Assembly (NCBI GenBank): GCA_021613535.1
Contig: CP075492.1
Span: forward strand, 3,348,001-3,412,000
DNA from: Adineta vaga
Taxonomy: Eukaryota; Animalia; Rotifera
Length of the DNA stretch: 64,000 bases
Direction of reading: 5' to 3'
In this document: in pieces, positions 14,545 to 27,359 of the stretch
Numbering within the stretch: the first letter of the stretch is position 1
Layout of the letters: every line of letters begins with the position of its first letter
Position numbers and translations under genes: made by a program
The notes under the pieces: model-generated
What the model saw: the letters and a program-made list of their open reading frames with translations, nothing else
Told to the model about the DNA's origin: nothing
Database searches by the model: none

Positions 14545-14689
14545 TTTAAATTATACATGTACTTTGAGGATGTGGGTATTGAGAATACGTTCTATTCCAC
14601 GTTGTTGCACATTCTGGAATTGGTAGCGATTCCGAAATTCCATGGTTCAATCACTCTGTCAGTTAAAAGGAATTCCAGAAATGGGTAGG

Positions 14690-15620
14690 AACTGATTAGA
14701 TTTATTTCCTTGTCCATTTTCTCCAATAATAATATCCTACACTTCCTTTGATGAAACCATCAAATAATTCTTCGATTTTCTGAATCACAAATAAGAAGAC
14801 TGTTTGTATTTTCATCAAAAATAACATCAGTTGGGCAATTTAATTGATCTTTTCCATTTCCACCGGAAAAAATTTGTTCATTATTTGATTTAGTATTCGA
14901 TTCAACAATACGATGATTTTCATCAATAAAAATTCCTCTCCGACATAATAATTGATTTAATTCTTTTCCCGCTCGATTTCCACCAGCAACTATAATGCTA
15001 AAATTCAAGCGAAAAGATATTTTAATAGATGCAAAATCAAACTTACTTCTGTTCGTATCGATTGATGATGAAGATTCCGTTGATTTTTAATGACATTGAA
15101 CACTTTTATCATAATCTCCTAATGGTGATGCAAGTTCACCGAGATCTTCATATAAAATTGAATAAAACGGATCATTTGATTGATAAAACGAATAAAATAT
15201 TTTTATTCTAAACCAAATTTTTCCGTAAGTTCAAAGATTTGTTTCTTCATCATCAATTTGCTCTTTCATATAAGATAAAACTTGAGGGTGGTCATTTAAT
15301 CGATTTTCATAACAATACCTTTGATCTGTACAGAATCAATTTTACTTTGGAATATTTCGAAGACCATTCTTCATTGATCTTTCTATTCATACAAAAAAAT
15401 ATAAATTGAAATAACTTGTCATAAATTATGTATTAATGGAATTAAACGATCTTTTTCTGATTTATTTTCAATATATTCTTGACATTGTTTAAGATCGTGA
15501 AATTTTTGACAATGATCTATAATTGAACGTAATTTTCCTTCAGTATCACGAGTTTCTATCAATTTTGGATCAAGCCATACGAGATAAAATGTTTCTATCG
15601 GATAAAATTGCAGTTACCAT
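14690..15620 (-). pseudogene. Heavily deleted relic of a TPR/NHL gene of the bdelloid ART-TPR-like class
   Basis: Collinear broken fragments: ETFYLVWLD..KLRSIIDHCQKF..CQEYI..DRLIPLIHNL*QVISIYIF..NEEWSSKYSKVK; TPR-like LYEDLGELASPLGDYDKSVQCH*; NHL IVAGGN..QLNCPTDVIFD..LLICDSENRRII*. Confidence 0.6.
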
Positions 15621-16112
15621 TTTTAAGAAACACTTTTTTAATTTCTTTTCACAATTGAATGAATTATCAAATATTTTGTATATGTTCTACGGTCGTTTTT
15701 CTTCAATAAGATTTTATCGACAGTCGTCAACGAAATTCTTGCTTTTCATCAGAAGAAATAAAAAATAACAACAATACTATCAATCGCACATGGCACGTTA
15801 TAACAAGGTCAAATATGGTTAAAGAAATTGATTACTAATGTATCAATAAATCATACTCGAGCATTAAGACTAATAAAGTGCTGATGTAACGTTTGGGTGG
15901 TTTTCTCTTATTGGCTATGAATAATGCATTTGACACCACTGACGATATGACTCATATGTAATTTCTTCAATAGAAGAAAGAAAAACACATGAATGAATAT
16001 TTTGGTTTAGAGAACACGTTTTCTTACTGTATAAAACACATTTAACCAAGCAAAATACATTGCAAAATAGCTCGTATTTTTATTTTTTGTTATTATTCAA
16101 TTTATTTCAATT

Positions 16113-16859
16113 ATGTCTAACGAAATTGAAGATCATCGATTGTTAATCAATGATGAAGAACCAAAACAATGTCGAATATGTTTAGATACTGATAACTCAA
16201 CTGATCTGATCAGTCCATGTCTTTGTAGTGGTGGTTCAGCTTTTATTCATAGACAATGTTTAGATAGATGGCGATCTGAAAACATACGTGGTATTGGTTT
16301 TAAATCTTGTGATATTTGTCATTTTGAATATGTGATTGAGTCTGTTAATAATGATGAAATAGCTGAAAGAACAAGACGTTTGAAATATTATTTGTATGTT
16401 ACTCGTGATACAACAGTATTATTTCTATTGGTTCAACTAGTTATTGTCGGTGTTGCTTTCATTATAAAACTTATTGATAAAAATAGCGAACATATTAAAG
16501 ATAATTTTCCACAATGGATGAATGTATTTGTGATCTATTATTTGTCTGCTGTTATTGTATTATTAGCATTGATTGGTTTCATTACTTTAATTATTGCTCA
16601 ATGCTCAAGTAATAGTCGTGGTGGCTGTAACCTGAACGGAGGGTCTGGGTGTGGTATAGTTTTATTGATTTTCTTTGTACTCATTGGCTTAGTCGTTGGC
16701 ATAGTTCTTAGTGCAAAGATTCTTCAAGAAATCGTGGAACGTCATACCAATAAATTATGGTTACGACAAGAAGCAAAAAAATATATTGTCAAAGATTTTC
16801 AAAGACATAGAGACGAATTAGAAAAGTATAATTTAACATTGGCTGCATTAGCTATATGA
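16113..16859 (+). CDS. RING-CH (RINGv, MARCH-like) transmembrane E3 ubiquitin ligase, single exon
   Basis: C4HC3 pattern CRIC..LISPCLCSG...IHRQCL.RW..CDIC followed by three hydrophobic segments. Confidence 0.9.
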   Translation: MSNEIEDHRLLINDEEPKQCRICLDTDNSTDLISPCLCSGGSAFIHRQCLDRWRSENIRGIGFKSCDICHFEYVIESVNNDEIAERTRRLKYYLYVTRDTTVLFLLVQLVIVGVAFIIKLIDKNSEHIKDNFPQWMNVFVIYYLSAVIVLLALIGFITLIIAQCSSNSRGGCNLNGGSGCGIVLLIFFVLIGLVVGIVLSAKILQEIVERHTNKLWLRQEAKKYIVKDFQRHRDELEKYNLTLAALAI

Positions 16860-18440
16860 TGATGGTCTTGGATATTCAGGCGAAGAACAAACATTCCAAT
16901 TCTCAAGATATAAACAGATTTTCTTTATGTTTTTTTTATTTAACAGTAAATGATTAGTAGAACAACATGTGAAACCAGAATAGCATTAGCAGTTGTTGTC
17001 GATAGATGCTTACATGCCGCATTTTCAGCAAAGTCCAGACCTATACTTGTGTTTGAGTTTGTTCTTCCTGAGTTTTGCAAAGTGAATTACCAGTTCGACA
17101 AATGTATTTGTACTTTACACACACACATGCCTCATTACTACATGTTTGTTAGATCGTGTATTGGAATAAAAGAATAAATATATATCCACTTAATATATAC
17201 CGAATCAAAGAAGAATTATAATCAGTATGAAACGTAGTGTATTATATATATTGAAGAACATCATACATTGGTATAAAAACTATTTAAGTATCCAACTGAG
17301 CTATATACACGTATTATTACTTCCTTTTTTTTTCAATATAATACATGATTTGCGTACTAGAAATTCATAATAAATAAATCTATAGTGAATCGATTATATT
17401 CCAGTAATTGATGTACGCGTATTAGTATATGATTGACAAGAACATATTAAACATTTCATATAATAGAAGCCCATATCGTTTTTTTGTTATGAGACCATCA
17501 ACTTAATGAGGAATTTATGTACATAGAAAAGCAATATTATTCACAACCGAAACGATGTGCTTTGACTGATAATTTTAATTTTCAATCCTATTTTCTCTAG
17601 CAAGATCGAGAGGGTCTATGATTTTGATAACTCCTGTATATGCTTTATATGTGTGTCTTTTTGTTTCGTTCACACTGGCATTTCTCTTTTGCATAATCTT
17701 TTAATGCTTTTTGCGAGTAAATATTTATTTATCTGATCATGCTCTACAATAAAATGAAGCTAATCCTTTTAAATATGGATTCATTGTACTGTTTCAAATT
17801 ACTAATAAAATTTCTCTGCTGTTTTTTGTCCTTATGGATCAAGCAAATTCTACAATTTTTTCATTTTATTCTTTTTTATTTCAATTAGCGTTGTTATAGT
17901 TCAATGTGCGGAAAATGGTTAGTATAGAAAGAGGAAGAAAAACGCATATGATAACATTTACTGAACAAGGAGTTTTGAAAGAAGGTAAAGATTATCGTTT
18001 CTGTCGTGGACAAGGTGCTACAGATTTATGTATCGATGAAGCTCAAGGTATTATGCCAGGTGTACGATGGATTACTGATATACTCGTATCTCCATTCAAA
18101 TTCAATGGCATATTTGCAGTGGCTTCTATGCGAATACGTGACAGGTACTCTAGATGAAGAGATAATAACTATTGATGATAGACCTAGTACCGATAATGAC
18201 TTCGTATACGTACGCGCACAAAGTATTCATCTTACAAAACTGAAACGAAAAACTATTTAAGCATAGAAATTATGACTATGATGTTCCTGTTGGGTGCTTC
18301 GTTGATATTCAATTTCTTTCGTATACTTTTAGAATTGTAAAATCTCTTTTCCACATGTATACGCAACAAGAATTATAGTATATGGATGAAAAAGTGTATC
18401 AATTCTATTCTATACTCAATATATTTAAATATTGGACTAT

Positions 18441-19349
18441 CTAAAAATTGCTAAACAATGATGCGAGTAAGAAAATACACAGAAATATCAAACAGGAAAT
18501 TGAAAATTGGTGTCGAATCGTTGAGTTTGTGCCGCATGTATATGTTACTTGATAAGTATAAACACATTTTGTGTATTGTGAACACACTGATGAACATGTT
18601 GTACAATCACCACTTGTATATATATCATAATCTAAACATGTAATACTCCCACAACATTTACATGCACATCGTGTTGATCCGCTCGAAAGAGTTGAACATT
18701 GACCCAATGATTGTCCAACGCTTGTTGATGATGGACATAACGATGAATATTGGTTTTGACAAGCTAATGTACAAGCATATGTAGAACATAAAGAAGCGGA
18801 TGTATTTCCAACAAAAGTTGTTGGAGCACAATATGAATTCGTTTTACAACAATAACATGAACACGGATTACCCAACCATGGGCCAATTGTTGTTGTAGTT
18901 GTTGCTGTTGTTGTTAATCCTTGACATGTACCTTGTGTTTGTCCATTTTGATTTGAAATACATACAAGTGGATAAGTCGAACTACATGCTACACTACATG
19001 CTCCAGCTGCACATGAATAAGCTGTTGTATAACCAATGAGAATAGTTGCACACGTAGCACTTCCTGTATTACAGCAATCGCATCGGCAATTGTACGGACC
19101 AGCGATAGGCGTTAGAGTTGTTGCACTTAAACATTGTCCAACTGATTGTCCATAGGGAGTGGTGGCCGAACATTGATAATATGTATTAGCACATACTTGA
19201 CGACAACTGTTGGCTGTACAAGTTGAAGCATAAACATAACCTATGGATGCTAATTGACAACTTTGACCAATACAACATGAACATGAACATGGATATTGTG
19301 CGTGAGTAATTGTTATTAAAAATATGAACAATAAGAAAGAATTTTTCAT
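18441..19349 (-). CDS. Secreted, probably GPI-anchored protein with four Cys-rich repeats
   Basis: Signal peptide from MKNSFLL (19349); four CxCxCC-initiated units; hydrophobic C-terminal tail; no introns. Confidence 0.8.
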   Translation of the reverse strand: MKNSFLLFIFLITITHAQYPCSCSCCIGQSCQLASIGYVYASTCTANSCRQVCANTYYQCSATTPYGQSVGQCLSATTLTPIAGPYNCRCDCCNTGSATCATILIGYTTAYSCAAGACSVACSSTYPLVCISNQNGQTQGTCQGLTTTATTTTTIGPWLGNPCSCYCCKTNSYCAPTTFVGNTSASLCSTYACTLACQNQYSSLCPSSTSVGQSLGQCSTLSSGSTRCACKCCGSITCLDYDIYTSGDCTTCSSVCSQYTKCVYTYQVTYTCGTNSTIRHQFSISCLIFLCIFLLASLFSNF

Positions 19350-20584
19350 GATGAAAGATTTTATGTAGATCGATACTGTATATCCGATAAAAGACAAAGA
19401 ATCTGAATATAATTCATATAATCAAGGTTTTATATTTTGACAGAATGACTAAAAGAAAAGAACAAGAAAAGAACCGTATACGACTGAGTCAAAGTTTGTG
19501 TAAAACTTACCAATGTCATGAATAAATACAGACTTCGATCTTTGTGCAAAAAAAGTTTAATATACTTATGTTTGTGATGGCAAAAAGATCTAAAACAGAA
19601 AAAAAAGAATATAAGATGTCCATGTTTTCTACTAGTAAACTAAATAATTTTAATCGAAAATAAACAAGTCATTCATTGCCGACATAATTTATTCGTAGTT
19701 TTAGACAAACAACATGTTTCTGCTTTGGTAAGATGATTATTTTTATTCTACCAGGTGACAGAAGGTATAGTACTGTTGTCATAAAAAATATTTTTCTAAC
19801 CATTATAAGAAAAATACATCCTTGAATAGCAACGAAGAGAAAAAAAGGAAAAGAAACGTCTACGAGTTATGGAGGACTGAAAAGACTAAAGAACAAACAT
19901 CTATGAGAGAATAAATAAGGAAAGAAAAAAATCTCATCATCTATAAAGGAAGAAATGAAAAAAAATTTTTGTCCGGAGTTACGACAGATGGTGCCGGTAG
20001 AATAACATAGTTTACATCGTTGGAAAATCAACTTATGAATAGAAATTTCAATTGAAAACATTGCCAATTTTTATCGCAGATGATCGATAATGAAATCAAA
20101 AAATTATATATTGACTGTGAATTTTCTTATAGTACTTGAAAGAAACACCTCATCATCGTATAGTTTTAATATCACTCGATCAAGGTGAGTCAAATATTCA
20201 GTTGAAATAGAATCACATAGATTAAAGCGATCTCATTAGTACACTTGATAAATGGTTTCAATTGTAAATGTGTATTCATTTAAAACAAACCACAGTCTAT
20301 CTATGATCATGCTATAAAATCACAATTATCAGACATAAGTGTCAATTCGATTGGACATGTGAACGCAAACAGCTTCTATATGTTTCCATTGAATATTCTA
20401 TTCAACATGACATCCTCAAGATGCAATTCCGTATTAAATTAATGAAAAATTCCTTGTCGTCAACGATGAATGTCATGTTTCTGACATCGTTTACCTAGAA
20501 TATTTTTTTTAAAAGGACATTGTCTAAATATATCATGCGTATAAAAATTTATACGATGAAAAAAAAGATTTCTCATTTATAAAC

Positions 20585-21593
20585 ATGATATTTTTTGAAA
20601 TGAAAGCATCTCTTTCAAACGAGAATGAATTTATCAATAAAATTAATAATATAACGACAATAGCAATTTCTCGTTATGGTATCCTTATTTTAGTTATACT
20701 TGGTACAATCGGAAATACATTAAATATTATTGTGTTTTATCAAAAAAAGTTACGTACTAGTCCTTCCACTCTCTATTTGTGTACTGGTGCTTGTATTGAT
20801 TTAATTTTGACATTAACAATAGCCTTACCGCGAATATTAACTATCTACAATTTAGATTATTCGGCGATTATTGGAATTCTTTGCAAGATACGTCATTTTA
20901 CTTATTAGAGTTTATCAAGTTTATCAGTATGGATGGTAGTTTTAGCAACACTTGATCGATATCTCATTAGTAGTCCTTTAGCAACATATCGTCAAAAGAG
21001 TTCCTTTCGTAATGCATGTCGATTGATACTTGCTTCATCAATCATTCGCATTCTAATCTTCGGAAATTTATTGTACTGCGCTGATATTGATTCGAACAGT
21101 GTAATATCATCATGCTCAATATATGTTTCAAAACTATGTGGTTTTTACAATCAAATTGCACGACTTCTGACAGTTTTCTTCATTCCGGAAATCATGATTT
21201 TAATGTTCACAATTGGTATCATTAAAAATCTAAGACTTCTTCGAGTAGGTACCGTGCAACGATATCGTGTTCGAAAAACTGACAGAGAACTTATGAAAGT
21301 AAGAATTTCTATTATATGATGTATCTAAAAATAATTTCTAGTTGGTAGTTTGTCAAATTGTGATGCTCATCATTTCATGGTTACCTCTTGGCATACATCG
21401 TATTTATGCATTAATTACTTCTGATATGTCGAAAATTGCATTACGTAAAAGTGTAGAAGGTCAGTTGGATGAAATTACATCAATGATTGATAGATTTGAA
21501 AATTCTCTTTTATTTTACGTTTATCTTCTTGTTGATGGTACTCTTTATAGACAAACATTTTTACGTTGGATAACACAAAGAGCTGGACAATGA
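20585..21593 (+). pseudogene. Class A (rhodopsin-like) orphan GPCR with in-frame TAG at 20906-20908
   Basis: TM1 GTIGNTLN, TM3 LCKIRHFTY*SLSSLSVWMVVLATLDRY continuing in frame through the stop, intron 21299-21341, TM6 SWLP, TM7 FYVY. Confidence 0.8.
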
Positions 21594-22494
21594 AGAATTA
21601 TACCGATGAATGGTATTCTTAAAACCACTAAATAATGGTTGAAATACGTTATTCTATTCAATTTTTGTGGACAAACCAGTATTTATCTTTTTTCTTTATT
21701 GAAATTATAAATATGATCGAAGCAAAATGCATAAGAATTATATTGTTCCTATATAGAAATAAAAACTGACTTTTTATCAGTGAAAATGAAACACAAAAAT
21801 GATTTGCACTTTTTCGGATTATTGAGCATTGATGAATTTTCGATTCCTATTCCGACAATATATATTAAATTCTTCTTGTTATTCAAAGAGCGCGTCGAGA
21901 TGTAGAACATCGCTAAATACTTTTTTAAATTAGCTTCGTTTTTTTATCATATATTCAATTCTATGTAACTGGATAAAAGTTTTATATAAGCACACCGACG
22001 CTCCGAATATAATGATTCACTTTTGAAAATGACACAAGTTATAGTGACGAGTATTATTTTGAATTTGAGCTGTCACGAAAAAAATACCCAAACTATACGC
22101 GTTTTATTTTTCTTTTCAATGTTGGAAGTTTCCGTTAAACCATCAGTTTTGTTTGGTTTCTCTTTTCTCCACTCGAAATGAGAAAGAAAGAGAAATAAAA
22201 TATAAGATAACAGAAATATATGTTGACTAAGCAACTCGTAAACTGCAAAACATTTTAGTCAGTTCTGTATACGTGATTGTGCGAAAAAAACCTTGCTTTT
22301 TACCTTTGAATGTGAAATATGTTTCTATGATTTCTTGAGAATGTTTGTTTTTCACCTACATTCATCAAATCATGTGCATTTATTCTCATGAAGATTAAGT
22401 GTTTGTTTTCTTTGAATTTAGAAAAAATTCTAGTGAACCATTTGTCAAACTTTTAATTGTAGAATTACTTATTTTTACGTTAAATCATCGTTCG

Positions 22495-25400
22495 ATGGAT
22501 CAAGAAATGCAATCAGGATCTCAATACGATTGTTCTTCGTTCGAATGTTTCGCTACGACATCTACATCACATCAGATTCAAGAATCACTTGAACTTCAAA
22601 TTGTCAACGATCTTCAAGAAAAATATCGACCACGCTACAAGTCCGATATGATTTTGTCTATGGAAGGAGATCAAATACTACGCTGTGTAAGAGATCGTTT
22701 TGGCAACAACCACGTGACACTAAAAGTAAGTTAAAACTGATGGGGAAACAGCGCAAACTCTGGGACTCTGAGGATTCGAAGTTCTCTCCTCCCTTCAGTT
22801 ATCGTTTAATCTCTTGTGTTTGTACTTATATAGATGACACCACACATTCAAGGAAAAATTCGAGTCAATTGGCTTACGATTTCAGATAAAACCGGACAGC
22901 GATATATCATGCCGTATCATATTCAAGCAAGAGATGGCTCACATCTAATTCCCGATTCTAATTCGATCATTTTCGATATTAACACTGATGACGATGGATT
23001 TATGAAGTTAGATATATCTTTGTTTGTACTAAACTGCGGTAATTATTTTTGCATTGAATTTAGATTAAAATTAGGTTTATGCAAAACTACATGGAGAGAG
23101 TTGGAAGGATCTCAACCGTTATCTCTTTTCCAACCAATCACTGATGCATTACATACATCTAATATATTACCGCATGCACACTTGTCACCTAAACGCTTGA
23201 TTAGAGAATTTCGGCTCGAAAGATCTCAACTGGCATTCACTTTATGCACGAGAGGTCAGAATGAATCATCTGTTCCTCAATGGCATACAACTGTATTTTC
23301 AAATGTGATGACAGGTATGTCAAAGTATTTATTCCTCATTTGACTTTGCAAATTACTTTTATTTGACAGAAGTGTCAAGCAGTTTTGGAACACAACCTAA
23401 AAAATTGAGTCATTTCTATATGTTCCCATCAAACACTGACATACGAAATGATCACGAACAACAATTATCGACGGTTGAAGATACAGTGGAGCGCAAAAAA
23501 CGACAAAAACTAGATGCCACAGAGGTAATGATCATCAAATAAAAAGCGATTTGACAATTTCTATGCACAATTGTTTTAAAAACAAGAGGTTTTTTTATTG
23601 TAATGAATCTATTTGAATTATATAGAATATGGAAGAACCGCAATCAACAATCAATGCCGAATCAATGGTCAATGTATCTCTTCTCTCTTTACCTACCGAA
23701 ATAGTTCATTGTATTTTCGATCATTGTGATACGCGAACAATTTTTTCTATGCGTCGTGTCTGCTAGTAGATATATGCTTGTGCTAACGCCTACAATCGGT
23801 TCAAACTCATTTGCAATGCAACACCGTCATCGTTTGCAGAGTCTATTTTTCGACATCTTCGACCCGAACGAGTTGTTTCACTGATCATCTTCGATACGAA
23901 TGACATTTTTAGTTCCAAACATGATGAAGTCAATTCATTCTATTCACTCTTGGATAATCTTGACTTTACTCGACTGCGCTCGTTAACTTTTCACTCAGTG
24001 TCCGACGCATCGTTAAAGTATTTTGTAGAAAATTGTTTGAAGTTGAATTGTTTAGTTTCAATTTCAGTCGAATCGGAACAGTCCCTTGATAAGAGAACAT
24101 GGGCGTTTGTTTTATCAACATTTAGTCAATACAATCTTCGAAAACTGTGCATGAGTAATATGGAAACTTTGATGGGAAATATATCATGGCCAAATCAATG
24201 GAATCTAGAACACTTGGAGATTGATGATTGTACTTACAATTCGTATCTTGCCATTCTTCAACATTTGCCTCATTTGAGAACGTTCTCTATGCGTACTTGG
24301 ATTATTGATGATGTTGATGAACAGGCATTATCATCATCAGACAACACATTTACTGCGCCATTAGAATCATTGACCATGCGAAACTGTTCACTTTCTACAT
24401 ACTATCTCGAAGCATTACTGTCGCTGACACCTTCACTTCGATATCTTAAACTTGTTTCTGCTAGAGAAGTGTTTGACTCGTTTTTTGATAACGTTTATTG
24501 GGAAAAACTCATTTCTGATCGACTACAAAAACTGCATAAATTCGAATTTATCTTCTTTCATACTTACAACAAAAAGGATGATTCAATTAATCTTGACGTT
24601 CTTGTTGCATCATTTCGATCATCGTTTTGGCACGATGATAAACGATGGTTTATAGTCGGTGCTTACTTCTTAAGGAAAAATGAGATCTGGCTCTATACGA
24701 CACCTATACATTTCCCTGGTATTACAGATTTACTTCGACTTGAAACATCATGGACGAATAATGCCTATCACTTAACACAGAGACCACTGAATCGAACACT
24801 TGACACATCTTTAGATGAGGTATATATGAAAATTTATTAGATACGACAGATATACACGTTCGTTGTTTTACTATTCAAAATTATCAGACACTCACTATAC
24901 TTGATCTTCATTCGGTTGAGATCAGTCATCAAATGATACAACATTTGATTGGTGCTTTACATGAAAACACGGTAAACTTCATTCTCTAATGATCAGTCAT
25001 ATTCATATTTACATGTTTCTATTTAGTCACTTGTTGAACTCAATCTTGGTGGAATTAAAATCGGAAATGAAGGAGCAAAAGCTCTTGTCCACACTTTACA
25101 AAATAATAAAGTGGACCGCATTTTCTGATCTAATCTTTGTCAACATTATCTATATTTTCTCTTTCAGACACTTACAATACTTTACCTATGGCAAAATCAT
25201 ATTCAACAGACAGGCGCAAAATATCTCGCCGATCTTTTACGTACCAACACGGTCAGTTCTATCTTCTACTATTTGTTTAAATTATTATTTGTATTTTTCT
25301 CTATAGACACTAAAAGAATTGTATCTTGGAAACAATCCGATTCGAGATCAAGGTGCACAATATCTCGCTCATGCTTTACAAAACAACACAGTAAATAGCT

Positions 25401-25800
25401 GTTTTCTATTCATTTTTCTCATCAACCTATAATTCTTCACGCAGACACTCACAACACTCGATCTTCATGCTAATGGAATTGGAAATCAAGGCATAAGAGA
25501 TCTTGCTAATGTCTTAAAGAATAACAAAGTAAATCGAATTTTTTCGTTATCATTTCTAATTACAATTTTCATTTTTCTCTTCGTACAGACACTCACTACC
25601 CTTGGAATTGGATACAATCATATCGGTGATGAAGAAGCACAATATCTTGCTAATAGCTTCAGAAATAACTCGGTAAGCTACACTTTCTGCATATTTCTTT
25701 CGTTTTACAGTTTCATATCTCTAAACAGACACTTCAGCATTTGTATCTTGGCGAGAACGATATTTCGACGGAAGTATGGCAGCATTTTCAAACTGATTAA
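22495..25800 (+). CDS. Rel-homology-like domain + basic NLS + F-box + LRR protein (12 exons); in-frame TAG TAG at 23764-23769
   Basis: Exons 22495-22725, 22834-23006, 23064-23314, 23370-23525 and 23626-24819, then six 84-nt LRR exons and a final exon ending TAA at 25800, all GT-AG and phase-compatible. RHD-like LQIVNDLQEKYRPRYKSD ... FRLERSQLAF..TVFSNVM; NLS RKKRQKL; F-box LLSLPTEIVHCIFDHCD..MRRVC. Confidence 0.7.
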
Positions 25801-26183
25801 TGCATCCGATCCGATTTTGTTCTTTTAGAAACTTTTTTCGAGATGTTCCTTTTCTGAGATGGCTAATTTCTAATAAATGTACTTAATCTTTACTAGAGAC
25901 ATGGATTTTGACTTCCGGAACCAATCCAAAAGTAGAAAATCAATCGTTTTTATGAATGGAAAGTATCGAAATTATATACATAGCACGAAAAAAAAGCCAA
26001 CATTTCCGATAGAGAACACTGGTCTATGAAGAAATCGAACTTCTATTTCTCTATCACAGAGTAAAAAGTGTTTTCATGACCAATACTTTTGGTATTTCCT
26101 AAGTATAAATGATTTTATTTCGATATTACAAAAGTATAACAAAAACAAAAATGAGATCGTAAAAAAATCACATATATTAAAAT

Positions 26184-27359
26184 TTAATTTGCCTGAAAAT
26201 GTATTTGAATCCACTGATTAATATTGTTCAATGTATTTTGTGCTTCGGGAAAGAAGGAGAAAAACAATGGATAAATATGTATCATATGTAAACCTTCCTC
26301 AAAGATAACATTCATATTTGCTTCTTGTGCTTTTTGAAATACTCGTTTTGAATCATCGTATAATAGTTCAGCAGTTCCTACAGTGATATACATTGGTGGA
26401 AATCCTTTGAATGAACCAAAGAGAGGACTGTAGTGAGGATTGTGTGGAGATTGATTGTTAGCCAATACTTGTGCAGTAACCCATCGAACATCGTCATGAG
26501 TAAATAATAAATCAATTTCAATATTATGAATAAAACTTTCACCGGATGCAGTCAAATCTGACCATGGCGATAGAACAATTACTCCAGATGGAATTTGTAA
26601 TTGTTGTGTGACTAGAGTTTGAATTGTAAGAAGAGCAAGACCACCACCTGCAGAATCGCCAATAATAATAATCTGAGATGGCGAAATACCCTGACGCAGT
26701 AGAATTTGATAAACTGCAATGGTATCATTAACAGCAGCAGGCACGGAATGTTCAGGACTCAGACGATATTCTACATGAAGAAATGACTCATTAAACATTC
26801 GAGATAATTCGCATTCAAATCCGCTATAACCTAAGAAAACAAAATAAACATGAATTATATCCTAAATGGATGAAAACAATGGAGAATTTACTGTGAATAT
26901 CTCCTATTAAATATCCTCCACCATGCAGATAGATAAATAATTTATCTGAATTTTTTTGAAAACTTCGTACAGGATAATCAATCCAATAGGTATCGACTGT
27001 ATGCCTATCATATTCAAATGTGTCTTTGATGATTCGACATTGTGACGATTTCGGAATCATATCAGACATAACTGATTTTGAACGCATGTCTTTGAGTAGA
27101 GTAATTGCATCAGCTAATGGATCATATTCTGGTATCGGTCTTATACGTATTAAGTTTTCAAAAGCACGATATTCTGCACTTAATGTTGGTCGAGTTGCAT
27201 CAGATATGAAAGAATGTTTCAATGTTAAGAAACAATGTCACGAATGAGAAGATACTTGATGTTCGTTGATTTGTACCATAGAGGAATGACAATCGTCAGA
27301 ATCAAAATGAAGAAGCTTAATTTCTTGAAAAATCCAAGAAGATGGTTAAGTAATAACAT
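26184..27359 (-). pseudogene. Hormone-sensitive-lipase family alpha/beta hydrolase with N-terminal TM; frameshift near 27240
   Basis: HGGGY, EYRLSPEH, GDSAGG, LSPWSDL, catalytic E and H motifs; intron 26831-26891; the ATG at 27359 is in a different frame from the 27222-26892 segment. Confidence 0.8.

Noticed and set aside
15281-15291. CTTGAGGGTGG resembling the hairpin family
   Set aside because: No partner arm; it falls within apparent coding remnant (DHPQ) of the TPR/NHL relic.
22124-22133. kB-like site GGAAGTTTCC upstream of the RHD-like gene (also GGAAATTTCC at 5968 and GGGTTTTTCC near 40327)
   Set aside because: A few matches to such a degenerate 10-mer are expected by chance in 64 kb, and positions are not consistently promoter-like.
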